A stretch of DNA of 42,046 nucleotides from a virus: the IMG/VR virus record IMGVR_UViG_3300045988_040454, positions 1-42,046 of that record. One strand, written 5' to 3'. A program made the position numbers and the translations under genes. The notes beneath the pieces are model-generated. The model made no database searches. It was not told the origin of the DNA and saw nothing but the letters and a program-made list of their open reading frames with translations. Below, one piece after another: positions 24,201 through 31,188 of the stretch; positions within the stretch are counted from its first letter, which is position 1, and each line of letters starts with the position of its first letter.

Positions 24201-24457
24201 TATGCTTGTCCTCCCATCAGCCGGATTGCCTCCGCCTCCGTAAAATGGAGTACTTGGCTGATCCGGAAAAGTTCCCAGGCGCTCCAACCCTTTTTAAAGC
24301 GGTTGCTCGTCTGCGTCTCCGACAGGCCGATGGCCTCGCCCAGTTCTTTGTTATGGGCTACATCCTGGCGGGCCATCGCCTCCCGGATCGTCCGGTTTAC
24401 CATCTTCCGGTAAGTCTCCGGGTTCCTGGAAAACCGATCTAGCTTTGTCCTCGGCAT
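24200..24457 (-). CDS. HTH protein (DUF739/XRE-like)
   Basis: 85 aa from MPRTKL. NKELGEAIGLSETQTSNRFKKGWSAWELFRISQVL. Confidence 0.55.
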   Translation of the reverse strand: MPRTKLDRFSRNPETYRKMVNRTIREAMARQDVAHNKELGEAIGLSETQTSNRFKKGWSAWELFRISQVLHFTEAEAIRLMGGQA

Positions 24458-24645
24458 TCCATCAGCTCCTCCACCGATACGCCATAGTGGCTTGCGATGA
24501 GCCTTGCGTGTCTGGGATGCGGGCGGCAAGTGCCGTCCCTCCAGTTTTTGATTGACGTCTGAGCGACGCCGATCTCCTTTGCGAGGCGGTAGTTCGTTTC
24601 GCCGTGCTTCTCCTGCAACGAAACGAGATTTTCAGAAAAACTCAT
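24439..24645 (-). CDS. Cro-like XRE-family HTH regulator
   Basis: 68 aa from MSFSEN (GGAGG, 7-nt spacer). NYRLAKEIGVAQTSIKNWRDG. It is the first gene of the leftward operon and is divergent from the CI-like gene. Confidence 0.7.
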   Translation of the reverse strand: MSFSENLVSLQEKHGETNYRLAKEIGVAQTSIKNWRDGTCRPHPRHARLIASHYGVSVEELMECRGQS

Positions 24646-24673
24646 CCCTTCACCTCCAACTTTGATTAAATGC

Positions 24674-24702
24674 TTGACAAATTGGAGCAAGGGTGATAGT
24701 CT
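24674..24702 (+). promoter_or_regulatory. Candidate rightward promoter (TTGACA-17-TAGTCT)
   Basis: -35 at 24674-24679 and -10 at 24697-24702. The -10 is imperfect and overlaps an inverted operator half-site. Confidence 0.35.
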
Positions 24703-24781
24703 AAGTTTGCTACAACATTGACATCACGCCAGCTCGATTTGTCGAGGTGGTCAGGTTTCTTGTTGCCCGTCCACGAATTTA

Positions 24782-24810
24782 ATTATAGTCGAAGTTAGAC
24801 CATTAGTCAA
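24782..24810 (-). promoter_or_regulatory. Candidate leftward early promoter (TTGACT-17-TATAAT)
   Basis: On the minus strand: TTGACT (24810-24805), a 17-nt spacer containing an operator copy, then TATAAT (24787-24782). Confidence 0.6.
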
Positions 24811-24848
24811 CCTAAATTAGACCGTCAAAATAACCTAAGTTAGACTGT
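24792..24848. promoter_or_regulatory. Operator cluster (CTAA-N-TTAG type sites)
   Basis: AACCTAAATTAGACCGT (24809-24825) and AACCTAAGTTAGACTGT (24832-24848). A related site AAGTTAGAC is at 24792-24800, and an inverted copy GTCTAAGTT at 24699-24707. Confidence 0.55.
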
Positions 24849-24855
24849 GATTTTT

Positions 24856-25212
24856 ATGGGATTTACCAGAAATTTTAACTATTGCATGGATAGCGAAAGA
24901 TACTCTTCGTATCGATTTGCTAAAATACTTGGCGTAAACTTGCAAAGCGTTTCTAACTGGAAAAACGGCGTAGTTGTTCCGCACCCAAAGACCCGCCAGA
25001 AGATCGCCGACCATTTCGGCATCACGCTTGCGGAGCTGGACGGGGATGAACTTCCTGTCCTGCCGCCGGAGGGCGCAAAAAAAGTCCCCGCCCAAGGGGA
25101 CGAGGACGATTTGCGAGAAGATCAAAAGATAATGGCAAATCTACTGAAGCGAATGACTGTCGAAGAGCGGAAAAATTTTATCAACGCCGCAGTGGCGGCA
25201 TTAAAGGAGTGA
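24856..25212 (+). CDS. CI-like XRE-family repressor (no S24 peptidase domain)
   Basis: HTH SYRFAKILGVNLQSVSNWKNG. Divergent from the Cro-like gene. The start is ambiguous (GTG 24847, ATG 24856 or ATG 24886). Confidence 0.7.
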   Translation: MGFTRNFNYCMDSERYSSYRFAKILGVNLQSVSNWKNGVVVPHPKTRQKIADHFGITLAELDGDELPVLPPEGAKKVPAQGDEDDLREDQKIMANLLKRMTVEERKNFINAAVAALKE

Positions 25213-25217
25213 TGCTG

Positions 25218-25595
25218 ATGGGTTGGATAGAGGGCATAATCTCCATTTTCGGGGTTGCTTTATCCGCCCTAGTTTCGATTTTTCTTGCTAGGAAAACCGC
25301 AAAAACGGAAATTGAAAAACTGAAAGCAGTTTGGGAGCACGAAAAAGAAGCTGCGCTGGATGCCGAGTTTGACAAAATGGTGTCTTCGGTGTCCATGTTT
25401 GCCAAGCGGCCATCAACACAAGACTTTCGAAATGCCACAAACGCCGTGGCAGTCTACCAGACCAAAGCGACGGGAGAAATGGCGGATGCGGTTGATTTGT
25501 TGAGCGGCATGATAACCAGGGATAATTACGATTCTGCGGCGATTTTAGCGCAGTTGGATGCAGTAATAGAGATCAAGCGGAAAAAGGTTTCTTAA
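25218..25595 (+). CDS. N-terminally membrane-anchored protein (125 aa); superinfection-exclusion candidate
   Basis: AAGGAG, 8-nt spacer. TM segment IISIFGVALSALVSIFLA. Immediately downstream of the repressor gene. Confidence 0.5.
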   Translation: MGWIEGIISIFGVALSALVSIFLARKTAKTEIEKLKAVWEHEKEAALDAEFDKMVSSVSMFAKRPSTQDFRNATNAVAVYQTKATGEMADAVDLLSGMITRDNYDSAAILAQLDAVIEIKRKKVS

Positions 25596-25765
25596 AACGC
25601 TTTCCCGCACTCGCCGTCTTTCCAGAATAACTCCAGTTCACCAGTGAACAGGTTCCTGGCGATACGGTATAGCTCATTCACCGCCGCTTCACGATCTTCG
25701 GAATCAAATTCCATCCCGATCTCACATTCACGGTCGCCCTGTTTTTCAATGGCCCAAATTCTCAT
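25592..25765 (-). CDS. Small ORF (57 aa), unknown
   Basis: Not in the ORF track. GGAGG, 8-nt spacer. MRIWAIEKQGDRECEIGMEFDSEDREAAVNELYRIARNLF... Confidence 0.45.
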   Translation of the reverse strand: MRIWAIEKQGDRECEIGMEFDSEDREAAVNELYRIARNLFTGELELFWKDGECGKAF

Positions 25766-25899
25766 AAAATTTCCTCCATAACACGCTTTAGTTGTTCTTC
25801 CGATAGCTTTCTCAGTAAGGAAAGCGCTTCGTCTAAGAGCTCATCCTCTTCGCCGATTGACGCAAGAGCCACAGTCCCATCCCAAAATACTTCCTTCAA
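25762..25899 (-). CDS. Possible small acidic ORF (45 aa, TTG start)
   Basis: ATGA-type overlap with the 57-aa ORF and a purine-rich RBS-like stretch. The non-ATG start makes this weak. Confidence 0.25.
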   Translation of the reverse strand: MKEVFWDGTVALASIGEEDELLDEALSLLRKLSEEQLKRVMEEIL

Positions 25900-25985
25900 T
25901 TCTTCGCCTTCTTCCTCAGTTTATATCATTCTCGTTTATAATGGAATGCTCAAATATTACGGTGATTTCGAAAAGGAGGATTTGT

Positions 25986-26312
25986 ATGGGCATTTTTTCA
26001 AAAAAAGAACCTGCCCCAGAATACAAGCGTCCGATTGTGATTTCGACGGGAAATTTACTCAGGTCATACGAAATAATCGACGCAGTTTTTGCGGTCGAAA
26101 TTAACCAGGAAACCTGGTTCAAAGCTGCGGATCCATCTAAATCTTTTGAGGGCGTCAAGGAGCAGCTCAAAGACAAGTGCCGGGCATTAGACGGCGATGC
26201 CGTGATTTGCTGCCAGTTTCAGTATCGAATCTCCGTGGATCCAGGAATTGTTTCAAAGCAGGCCGCTGAGATTTGGGCATACGGAACTGCGGTGAGATTT
26301 ACAGACGATTGA
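25986..26312 (+). CDS. YbjQ/DUF74-family protein
   Basis: 108 aa from MGIFSKK (AAGGAGG RBS). RALDGDAVICCQFQY...AYGTAVRF matches the YbjQ_1 pattern as I recall it. Confidence 0.6.
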   Translation: MGIFSKKEPAPEYKRPIVISTGNLLRSYEIIDAVFAVEINQETWFKAADPSKSFEGVKEQLKDKCRALDGDAVICCQFQYRISVDPGIVSKQAAEIWAYGTAVRFTDD

Positions 26313-26352
26313 TATATTATCCGGTCGGGAGCTAATCACATAGTGTTCTGTT

Positions 26353-26386
26353 GGCCCCCCTGCCGCCTGCAACCGGCAGAGGGGCC
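26353..26386 (+). terminator. GC-rich hairpin after the YbjQ-like gene
   Basis: GGCCCCCCTGCCG-cctgcaac-CGGCAGAGGGGCC: 12 bp with one mismatch. Only a short T/A tail follows. Confidence 0.5.
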
Positions 26387-26561
26387 TTATAGCAGATAGC
26401 CACAAAACATCAAGCCTACCTGCTATGGCTGCATCATAGCAGGGTGGTGGTTGGCAGAGCAAGCCGAGGCAAAGGCAGAAACCGTCCGATTCTTTAGAAT
26501 CTGGTAAAATTAGGCTTGGCAACATCTGCCAGAAACCAGGCAAACGAAAGGAGCGCGCCCA

Positions 26562-26969
26562 ATGGAAACTATCCAGGATCTTTGTTGGAAGGAACGAGAA
26601 GCACAAAGAAAAACAGCGCAAACCATAGCGGACGAATCCGGCATCTCTATCTCGACTGTCAACAACTACTTTTCCAGCGCATCCAAGCAGCCATCCGTAT
26701 ACACCGTCGGGCCTATTTGCAAGAGCCTGGGAGTGTCCCTGGACCGGTATTTTGAGATCGTGCCGAAAGGCGAGGATTTGACGGAGCGAGAGGAGGCCTT
26801 GCTTACCCAGCAAGTGGGCCACGAACAAGACATAAACAAGCTGTTAAATGAAACCATTAAGCACAAGAACCGGGTAATCTTTGCCCTGCTGTTTATTTTT
26901 GCCCTGGCGCTGGTGTATGGCATTACCCTGGACCTGCTGAACCCCAGCATGGGCCTTTTCAGAGGATAA
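26562..26969 (+). CDS. Membrane-anchored XRE-family HTH protein
   Basis: 135 aa. HTH TAQTIADESGISISTVNNYFS, a coiled middle and a C-terminal TM segment VIFALLFIFALALVYGITL. An extended -10 TGgTAAAAT lies at 26502-26510. Confidence 0.65.
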   Translation: METIQDLCWKEREAQRKTAQTIADESGISISTVNNYFSSASKQPSVYTVGPICKSLGVSLDRYFEIVPKGEDLTEREEALLTQQVGHEQDINKLLNETIKHKNRVIFALLFIFALALVYGITLDLLNPSMGLFRG

Positions 26970-27078
26970 AAAGAGGAGCCGCCTCCGATACCGAAGTACC
27001 GAAGGCGGCGATCAGGAAGCGGATGCTGATGCAAAGCAATCCGCCCCTCCATTATAGCAAAGCAGGAGGAAAACGCAA

Positions 27079-28104
27079 GTGAAAATTCCGGAGCCAATAA
27101 AGCTACCATCGGGGAAATACCGCATCCAGATCATGGTTGACGGGAAACGAGTTGGAAACACTTTTGATACGATAGAAGAGGCCCGATTCTGGGCCTCCGG
27201 CATCAAAACAAAAATGGTGGAGGCGCAAAAGCCTGTAAGAAGACTTACAGTTGGGGAAGCTGCCGACCGATACATCGAAACCAGAAGCGAGGTGCTTTCC
27301 CCGTCCACCATTGCCGGGTATAAACGAATCCGGAAAAATCTGATGAAGGATATTGAGAATATTGTTTTAGCCGATCTCACACAAGAGCGAGTGCAACGCT
27401 GGGTAAACAGGCTATCGAGGGAAGGAAAAACGCCAAAGACAATCGCAAACGCACACGGATTTTTAAGCCCCATCCTTGCGGAGTATAAGCCGGAAATGGC
27501 CTTACGGACTACCATGCCGCAAAAGGTAAAAACGGAGATTGAGATACCGTCTGAGGCCGACGCCGTAGCCATTGCCAACGCCTGCAAAGGTACAAAATAC
27601 GAGTTGCCAATTATGATTGCCATTTGGATGGGGCTACGTGCTTCGGAGATTATTGGCCTGCGCTGGGATGATATCGATGGTGAGTATCTGCAAATCCGGA
27701 GGGCCATTGTGGCCGGGGAAAACGGGCCCGTTGAAAAGGGCGTAAAAACGTACAGCGGAACCAGAAGGATACACCTTCCGCCCTACCTTTTGGATTTAAT
27801 CCAGAAACAGCCCAGGGCGAACGAGCACATTGTGAACCTTTCCGGGCATGCGCTATATAGTGGCTTTGTTCGCATCTGCGAGAAGGCCAAAGTCAGGCAC
27901 TACCGATTCCACGATCTGCGGCACTTTAACGCATCCGTCATGCTGGCGGAAGGCATCCCGGACAAGTACGGCATAAAGCGAATGGGCCACGCCACCAACA
28001 ACATGTTAAAGACCACGTACCAACACACTCTCGCCGAAAAAGAAAAGGCGTTTGATAAAATCATTGACGGGCATTTTGAGGAGTTGTTCGCTCCAAAAGA
28101 ATAG
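27079..28104 (+). CDS. int: Tyrosine recombinase (phage integrase)
   Basis: 341 aa, GTG start after AGGAGG. Catalytic signature LRASEI (R), HDLRH (H-x-x-R), GHATNNMLKTTYQH (H...Y). Confidence 0.9.
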   Translation: MKIPEPIKLPSGKYRIQIMVDGKRVGNTFDTIEEARFWASGIKTKMVEAQKPVRRLTVGEAADRYIETRSEVLSPSTIAGYKRIRKNLMKDIENIVLADLTQERVQRWVNRLSREGKTPKTIANAHGFLSPILAEYKPEMALRTTMPQKVKTEIEIPSEADAVAIANACKGTKYELPIMIAIWMGLRASEIIGLRWDDIDGEYLQIRRAIVAGENGPVEKGVKTYSGTRRIHLPPYLLDLIQKQPRANEHIVNLSGHALYSGFVRICEKAKVRHYRFHDLRHFNASVMLAEGIPDKYGIKRMGHATNNMLKTTYQHTLAEKEKAFDKIIDGHFEELFAPKE

Positions 28105-28110
28105 CCCATT

Positions 28111-28134
28111 TTCGTGTGCAATTTCGTGTGCAAT
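28111..28134 (+). repeat. Arm-type repeat, left (2 x TTCGTGTGCAAT)
   Basis: Identical 24-mer to 28341-28364. An inverted copy AATTGCACACG is at 28158-28168. Confidence 0.7.
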
Positions 28135-28228
28135 TTTCCTCCTAAAAACCGATTTTTAATTGCACACGCTAAAATTGACTTGTAAAATTTGCAAGACGCA
28201 AGAACCGCCAAACCCGCATAAAATCAAG

Positions 28229-28267
28229 AAAAACCGGGGAACCGTTGAGATTCCTCGGTTTTTCTTT
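28229..28267 (-). terminator. Hairpin terminator immediately 3' of the tmRNA fragment (A/T runs on both sides)
   Basis: AAAAACCGGGGAA-ccgttgaga-TTCCTCGGTTTTT: 8-bp core with one mismatch. Confidence 0.6.
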
Positions 28268-28300
28268 TGGTGGAGGCGAGGGGAGTTGAACCCCTGTCCG
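28268..28300 (-). ncRNA. ssrA: 3'-terminal fragment of tmRNA (ssrA): T-arm, acceptor 3' strand and CCA; the attP core
   Basis: The minus strand reads CGGAC-AGGGG-TTCAACT-CCCCT-CGCCTCC-A-CCA. This is the same layout as the E. coli ssrA end GGAC-GCGGG-TTCAACT-CCCGC-CAGCTCC-A-CCA as I recall it, with U opposite G3. There is no 5' half nearby. It lies 160 bp from the integrase gene. Confidence 0.75.
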
Positions 28301-28340
28301 AAAGCAATATAAACCGCATTACTTAGCCATATCTATGGCA

Positions 28341-28364
28341 TTCGTGTGCAATTTCGTGTGCAAT
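28341..28364 (+). repeat. Arm-type repeat, right (2 x TTCGTGTGCAAT)
   Basis: Identical to 28111-28134. Confidence 0.7.
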
Positions 28365-28365
28365 A

Positions 28366-28857
28366 TCACTTCTCGGCGATGCCGTGGTAGTACGCCGCCA
28401 TTTTGGCCCGAGGACCACCGGCGTCACGATCAAAGAGGAATGCCTTGGCCATATCGGCGTAGAACTCCGCTGTGCCAACGCCGTACCGGTTGGCGACGCC
28501 GCAGTAGTCGGAGTACATCATGCACATGGCAGCCCACCAGCACCAGGGGGCGAACTGGTCGAAAATCACGCCGACGCTCTCGGCCACGGCGGTGGTCTGG
28601 TCGACGGTCCAGTGGGGCCCGACGGTGCCATCCTCGTTGACCATCTTAGAGCACCAGGCCTCGGCATCGGCCTGGGTGAAATCAGCACCGCCACCGCAGA
28701 GAGACTGCTCAGCTGCGTCCACTACAGACCAGCACTCCAGCATCCCGCGGACACCGTTGGCGGAACGCTCCCCTGCAGGCATCCCCATGTACTCGGCAAT
28801 GCCTCGCTCCAGCTTGTCCTTGTAGGCGGCGATGATCTCCTTGGTCAGGTAGCCCAT
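28366..28857 (-). CDS. Hypothetical Trp/Cys-rich protein (163 aa)
   Basis: Clean ORF and the last gene before attP. Contains APWCWWAAMCMMYSDYCG. Confidence 0.55.
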   Translation of the reverse strand: MGYLTKEIIAAYKDKLERGIAEYMGMPAGERSANGVRGMLECWSVVDAAEQSLCGGGADFTQADAEAWCSKMVNEDGTVGPHWTVDQTTAVAESVGVIFDQFAPWCWWAAMCMMYSDYCGVANRYGVGTAEFYADMAKAFLFDRDAGGPRAKMAAYYHGIAEK

Positions 28858-28870
28858 AGTCTACCCCCCG

Positions 28871-29272
28871 TCAGATCCGCTGGACCCGCAGGGCCACGTT
28901 GTTGACGGTGGCAGCGGCGCCGGTCAGCACCAGCGTCAGAGCGGAGCCGGCGGCGCAGCAAGCCTGACGTACCAGCGCCGGGAAGCTGAGGACAGTGGGG
29001 GCGCCCGCAGCAGCGGCAGCGGATGCCGTGGCGCCGGGGATGGCCACGCCGTCCTTGACCAGCGTAGCGGTGACGGTGCCGGCAGCGGTGGGAGCCACGG
29101 TGACGGACACGTCCACGTCATAGTAGCCGGCATTGGAGAGGTTGACGGCGTTGCCGTTGAGGGAGATATCGCAGCCATACCGGCGGATCAGGCTGCCCAG
29201 CGGGATGACCCCATCAACGGCCACGGCCGTGGGGGTCTGCAGGGCGGTATAGAGGGCAGATTTACAGGACAT
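28871..29272 (-). CDS. BclA-C-terminal-domain-like (C1q/TNF-like jelly-roll) protein candidate
   Basis: 133 aa. The spacing pattern IPLG...G.DISL..N.V.L...G.Y.V.V.V....AAG.V...L..DG..IPGA...GAP......L.L parallels the BclA C-terminal domain as I recall it. There are no collagen repeats. Confidence 0.45.
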   Translation of the reverse strand: MSCKSALYTALQTPTAVAVDGVIPLGSLIRRYGCDISLNGNAVNLSNAGYYDVDVSVTVAPTAAGTVTATLVKDGVAIPGATASAAAAAGAPTVLSFPALVRQACCAAGSALTLVLTGAAATVNNVALRVQRI

Positions 29273-29370
29273 ATTTATACGCTCCTTTCATAATGTCAAG
29301 GGCGGGGCATCAGCCCCGCCCGTTTCCCGGCCTAAAGGGGCCTACCATCTCGGCGAGGACGCCGGGATGC

Positions 29371-29964
29371 TCAGATGTTGCCGTTGCAGCCGCAGGCGCA
29401 GAAGGGGGACGGACCGGCGTTGTAGGCGTAGCCGTTGGGATACCGGACGACGCCATACATGCGGTTGTCCATCTCCAGGCTGGCGATGCGGGCGGACTGC
29501 TCCGCGATCCGCTGCTCCAGCTGGCTCTTCTCCAGGGCGGCGAACTTGGCCTCCATGTTGGCGTTCACGCCGTCGATGGCCCGCTGGGTGGTGCAGCAGC
29601 ACTCGGCGAGCTGGGCCTGGATGCCGTTGGCGCTCTGCATGATGGCCATGTTGGTGCCGTTCTGGGCCAGGGCCATCTCCTTGCCCAGCTGGCCGATGCT
29701 GCCCTGCATCTCGTAGCCGAGGTTACAGATGCCGTTGCCGATGTTGGTCAGGCGGTCATCGATCCGGCCAAAGTGCTGGCCAAACAGGATGTCCTGCTGG
29801 CTGGCCGCCGTGGCGTACTGGCCAAACTCGCCCTGGCGATTCCAGCCAAATCCGCCGCCCATGAAGACGAGGAAGAGCAGGATGATCCACCAGCCGCCAT
29901 TGCCGCCCCAGCCGTCGGCGTCCTTGGTCACGGCGGCGAGATCGGAGAGGGAATAGTTATCCAT
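29371..29964 (-). CDS. Membrane protein with a coiled coil and a Cys-rich C-terminus (197 aa)
   Basis: GWGGNGGWWIILLFLVFMGGGFGW TM segment, then ECCCTTQ, and it ends in PFCACGCNGNI. Confidence 0.55.
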   Translation of the reverse strand: MDNYSLSDLAAVTKDADGWGGNGGWWIILLFLVFMGGGFGWNRQGEFGQYATAASQQDILFGQHFGRIDDRLTNIGNGICNLGYEMQGSIGQLGKEMALAQNGTNMAIMQSANGIQAQLAECCCTTQRAIDGVNANMEAKFAALEKSQLEQRIAEQSARIASLEMDNRMYGVVRYPNGYAYNAGPSPFCACGCNGNI

Positions 29965-30013
29965 ATAAAGCTCCTTTCACTGGATTTTTATTGATAAACC
30001 GTGTCGACCCGGC

Positions 30014-30166
30014 TCATCTCAGGAAACGGGCGAACTCCTGCGCCTGGCGCTGGAGCTGCTGGAACTGATCCTGGCTCATGCGGCCGTCGGCCAGCATCTC
30101 CTGGATCTGCTGCTGCGCCTTCTGCGGCGTCATGCCGGCGGCGAATTTGCGGAACTCGGCGATCAT
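30014..30166 (-). CDS. Possible small Gln-rich ORF (50 aa)
   Basis: MIAEFRKFAAGMTPQKAQQQIQEMLADGRMSQDQFQQLQRQAQEFARFLR. No clear RBS, and the start is uncertain. Confidence 0.35.
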   Translation of the reverse strand: MIAEFRKFAAGMTPQKAQQQIQEMLADGRMSQDQFQQLQRQAQEFARFLR

Positions 30167-30179
30167 GGCCAGGGGGTTG

Positions 30180-30569
30180 TTACTCAGCCTTGGGCTTGCG
30201 CTGCGGCTTAGCATCTCCATCATCGGGTTTGCCACTGAGCATCTCCTCCAATCTGCGCACGCGATCCTCCAGGCTGTTGACATCCACCGGAGCCGCCGCC
30301 TGGTAGGGGGCCACGGTATACGGGGTGACGGTGGCATAGCCTGCGCCGTCCGTCTGCTTGAGCCACACAATGGGGTCATTCTCGTCCATCAGCAGGATGG
30401 AGCTGTTTGGGGCCATGCGGAAGGCGTCAGCGCCGTTGCGGCCATTGACGCGGGTAATCTGACCCCCAAAGGGCTGCGGCCCTCCTACGGGGCTCTGAGG
30501 GCCCACAGAGGGGCATCCGCCGTAAGGGTTGCCATACGGCGACGGCTGGTAAGGGTTGTAGTATCCCAT
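30180..30569 (-). CDS. Pro/Gly/Tyr-rich N-terminus protein (129 aa)
   Basis: AAGGAGG RBS. MGYYNPYQPSPYGNPYGGCPSVGPQSPVGGPQPFGG, followed by a globular part. Confidence 0.6.
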   Translation of the reverse strand: MGYYNPYQPSPYGNPYGGCPSVGPQSPVGGPQPFGGQITRVNGRNGADAFRMAPNSSILLMDENDPIVWLKQTDGAGYATVTPYTVAPYQAAAPVDVNSLEDRVRRLEEMLSGKPDDGDAKPQRKPKAE

Positions 30570-30598
30570 AGCGCACCTCCTTGTCTGCCTCCATGGTA

Positions 30599-30629
30599 CA
30601 AAAAATCCGGGCAGTCAAACTGCCCGGAT
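30599..30629 (-). terminator. Intrinsic terminator in the 5' leader of the 129-aa gene
   Basis: The minus strand reads ATCCGGGCAG-TTTGA-CTGCCCGGAT followed by TTTTTG, 30 nt upstream of the ATG. It is preceded by a second hairpin CCCGCA-GAA-TGCGGG (30634-30648). Confidence 0.65.
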
Positions 30630-30708
30630 TCTGCCCGCATTCTGCGGGGATGGCAGGATGCACAAAAACCGCCCGCTCTTCTGTGCATTCTGACAAACTT
30701 TAATTTTG

Positions 30709-30760
30709 CGCTAATATTAGCGGTTTTCCTCTTGACTTTACGCTAATATTGGCGTAAAAT
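30709..30760 (+). promoter_or_regulatory. Promoter P1 with two operators
   Basis: Perfect palindrome CGCTAATATTAGCG (30709-30722). -35 TTGACT (30732-30737). The 17-nt spacer contains CGCTAATATTGGCG (30741-30754). -10 TAAAAT (30755-30760). Confidence 0.7.
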
Positions 30761-30804
30761 GAGCATGTAATCAAGAGAGGGGAACACCCCAGGAGGAAAC
30801 AAAA

Positions 30805-31155
30805 ATGAAGTACAACAAGAGCGAAATCATGAAGGCCGCATGGAACCTCCGCAAGATGTCTCAGAAATGGGTCAATTCCCTCAGCTTCTCCGAGTGCCTC
30901 CGCCGCGCCTGGGCCAACGCCAAGAAGGCGATCACCAACGGCAAGAAGATCCTCAGCGACGATTGCTGCAAGGTGATCTGCGGCTCCCTGCTGGGCATCA
31001 AGTACACCATCGTCAGCGACTGCACCATGGGCTGGCTCGTGACTGGCAAGACCTATGCCGCCCGCAAGGAGCTCAAGGCCGCCGGTTTCACATGGGACCC
31101 CTACTGCAAGCAGTGGTTCACCACGGACCGCAAGGTCGCCGAGTATTTCTGCTGA
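30805..31155 (+). CDS. Hypothetical basic Cys-rich protein (116 aa)
   Basis: AGGAGG RBS. Helical N-terminus KAAWNLRK...ECLRRAWANAKKA, and C-terminus GWLVTGKTYAARKELKAAGFTWDPYCKQWF. Confidence 0.6.
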   Translation: MKYNKSEIMKAAWNLRKMSQKWVNSLSFSECLRRAWANAKKAITNGKKILSDDCCKVICGSLLGIKYTIVSDCTMGWLVTGKTYAARKELKAAGFTWDPYCKQWFTTDRKVAEYFC

Positions 31156-31188
31156 GATAAATTTTCCAAATTTAAGGAGGAAATGAGA

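Noticed and set aside
29300-29321. GGGCGGGGC-atca-GCCCCGCCC hairpin as an internal terminator of the attP-proximal cluster.
   Set aside because: No T-run follows on the transcribed minus strand, where TTGACATTATG follows instead. It is more likely an RNA stability or processing element. It is mentioned under the cluster finding.
30014-30379. 121-aa ORF-track ORF overlapping the 129-aa gene.
   Set aside because: Its first 70 codons are the Arg/Pro/Trp-rich alternative frame of the 129-aa gene. Only the last ~50 codons downstream of that gene look like real coding sequence.
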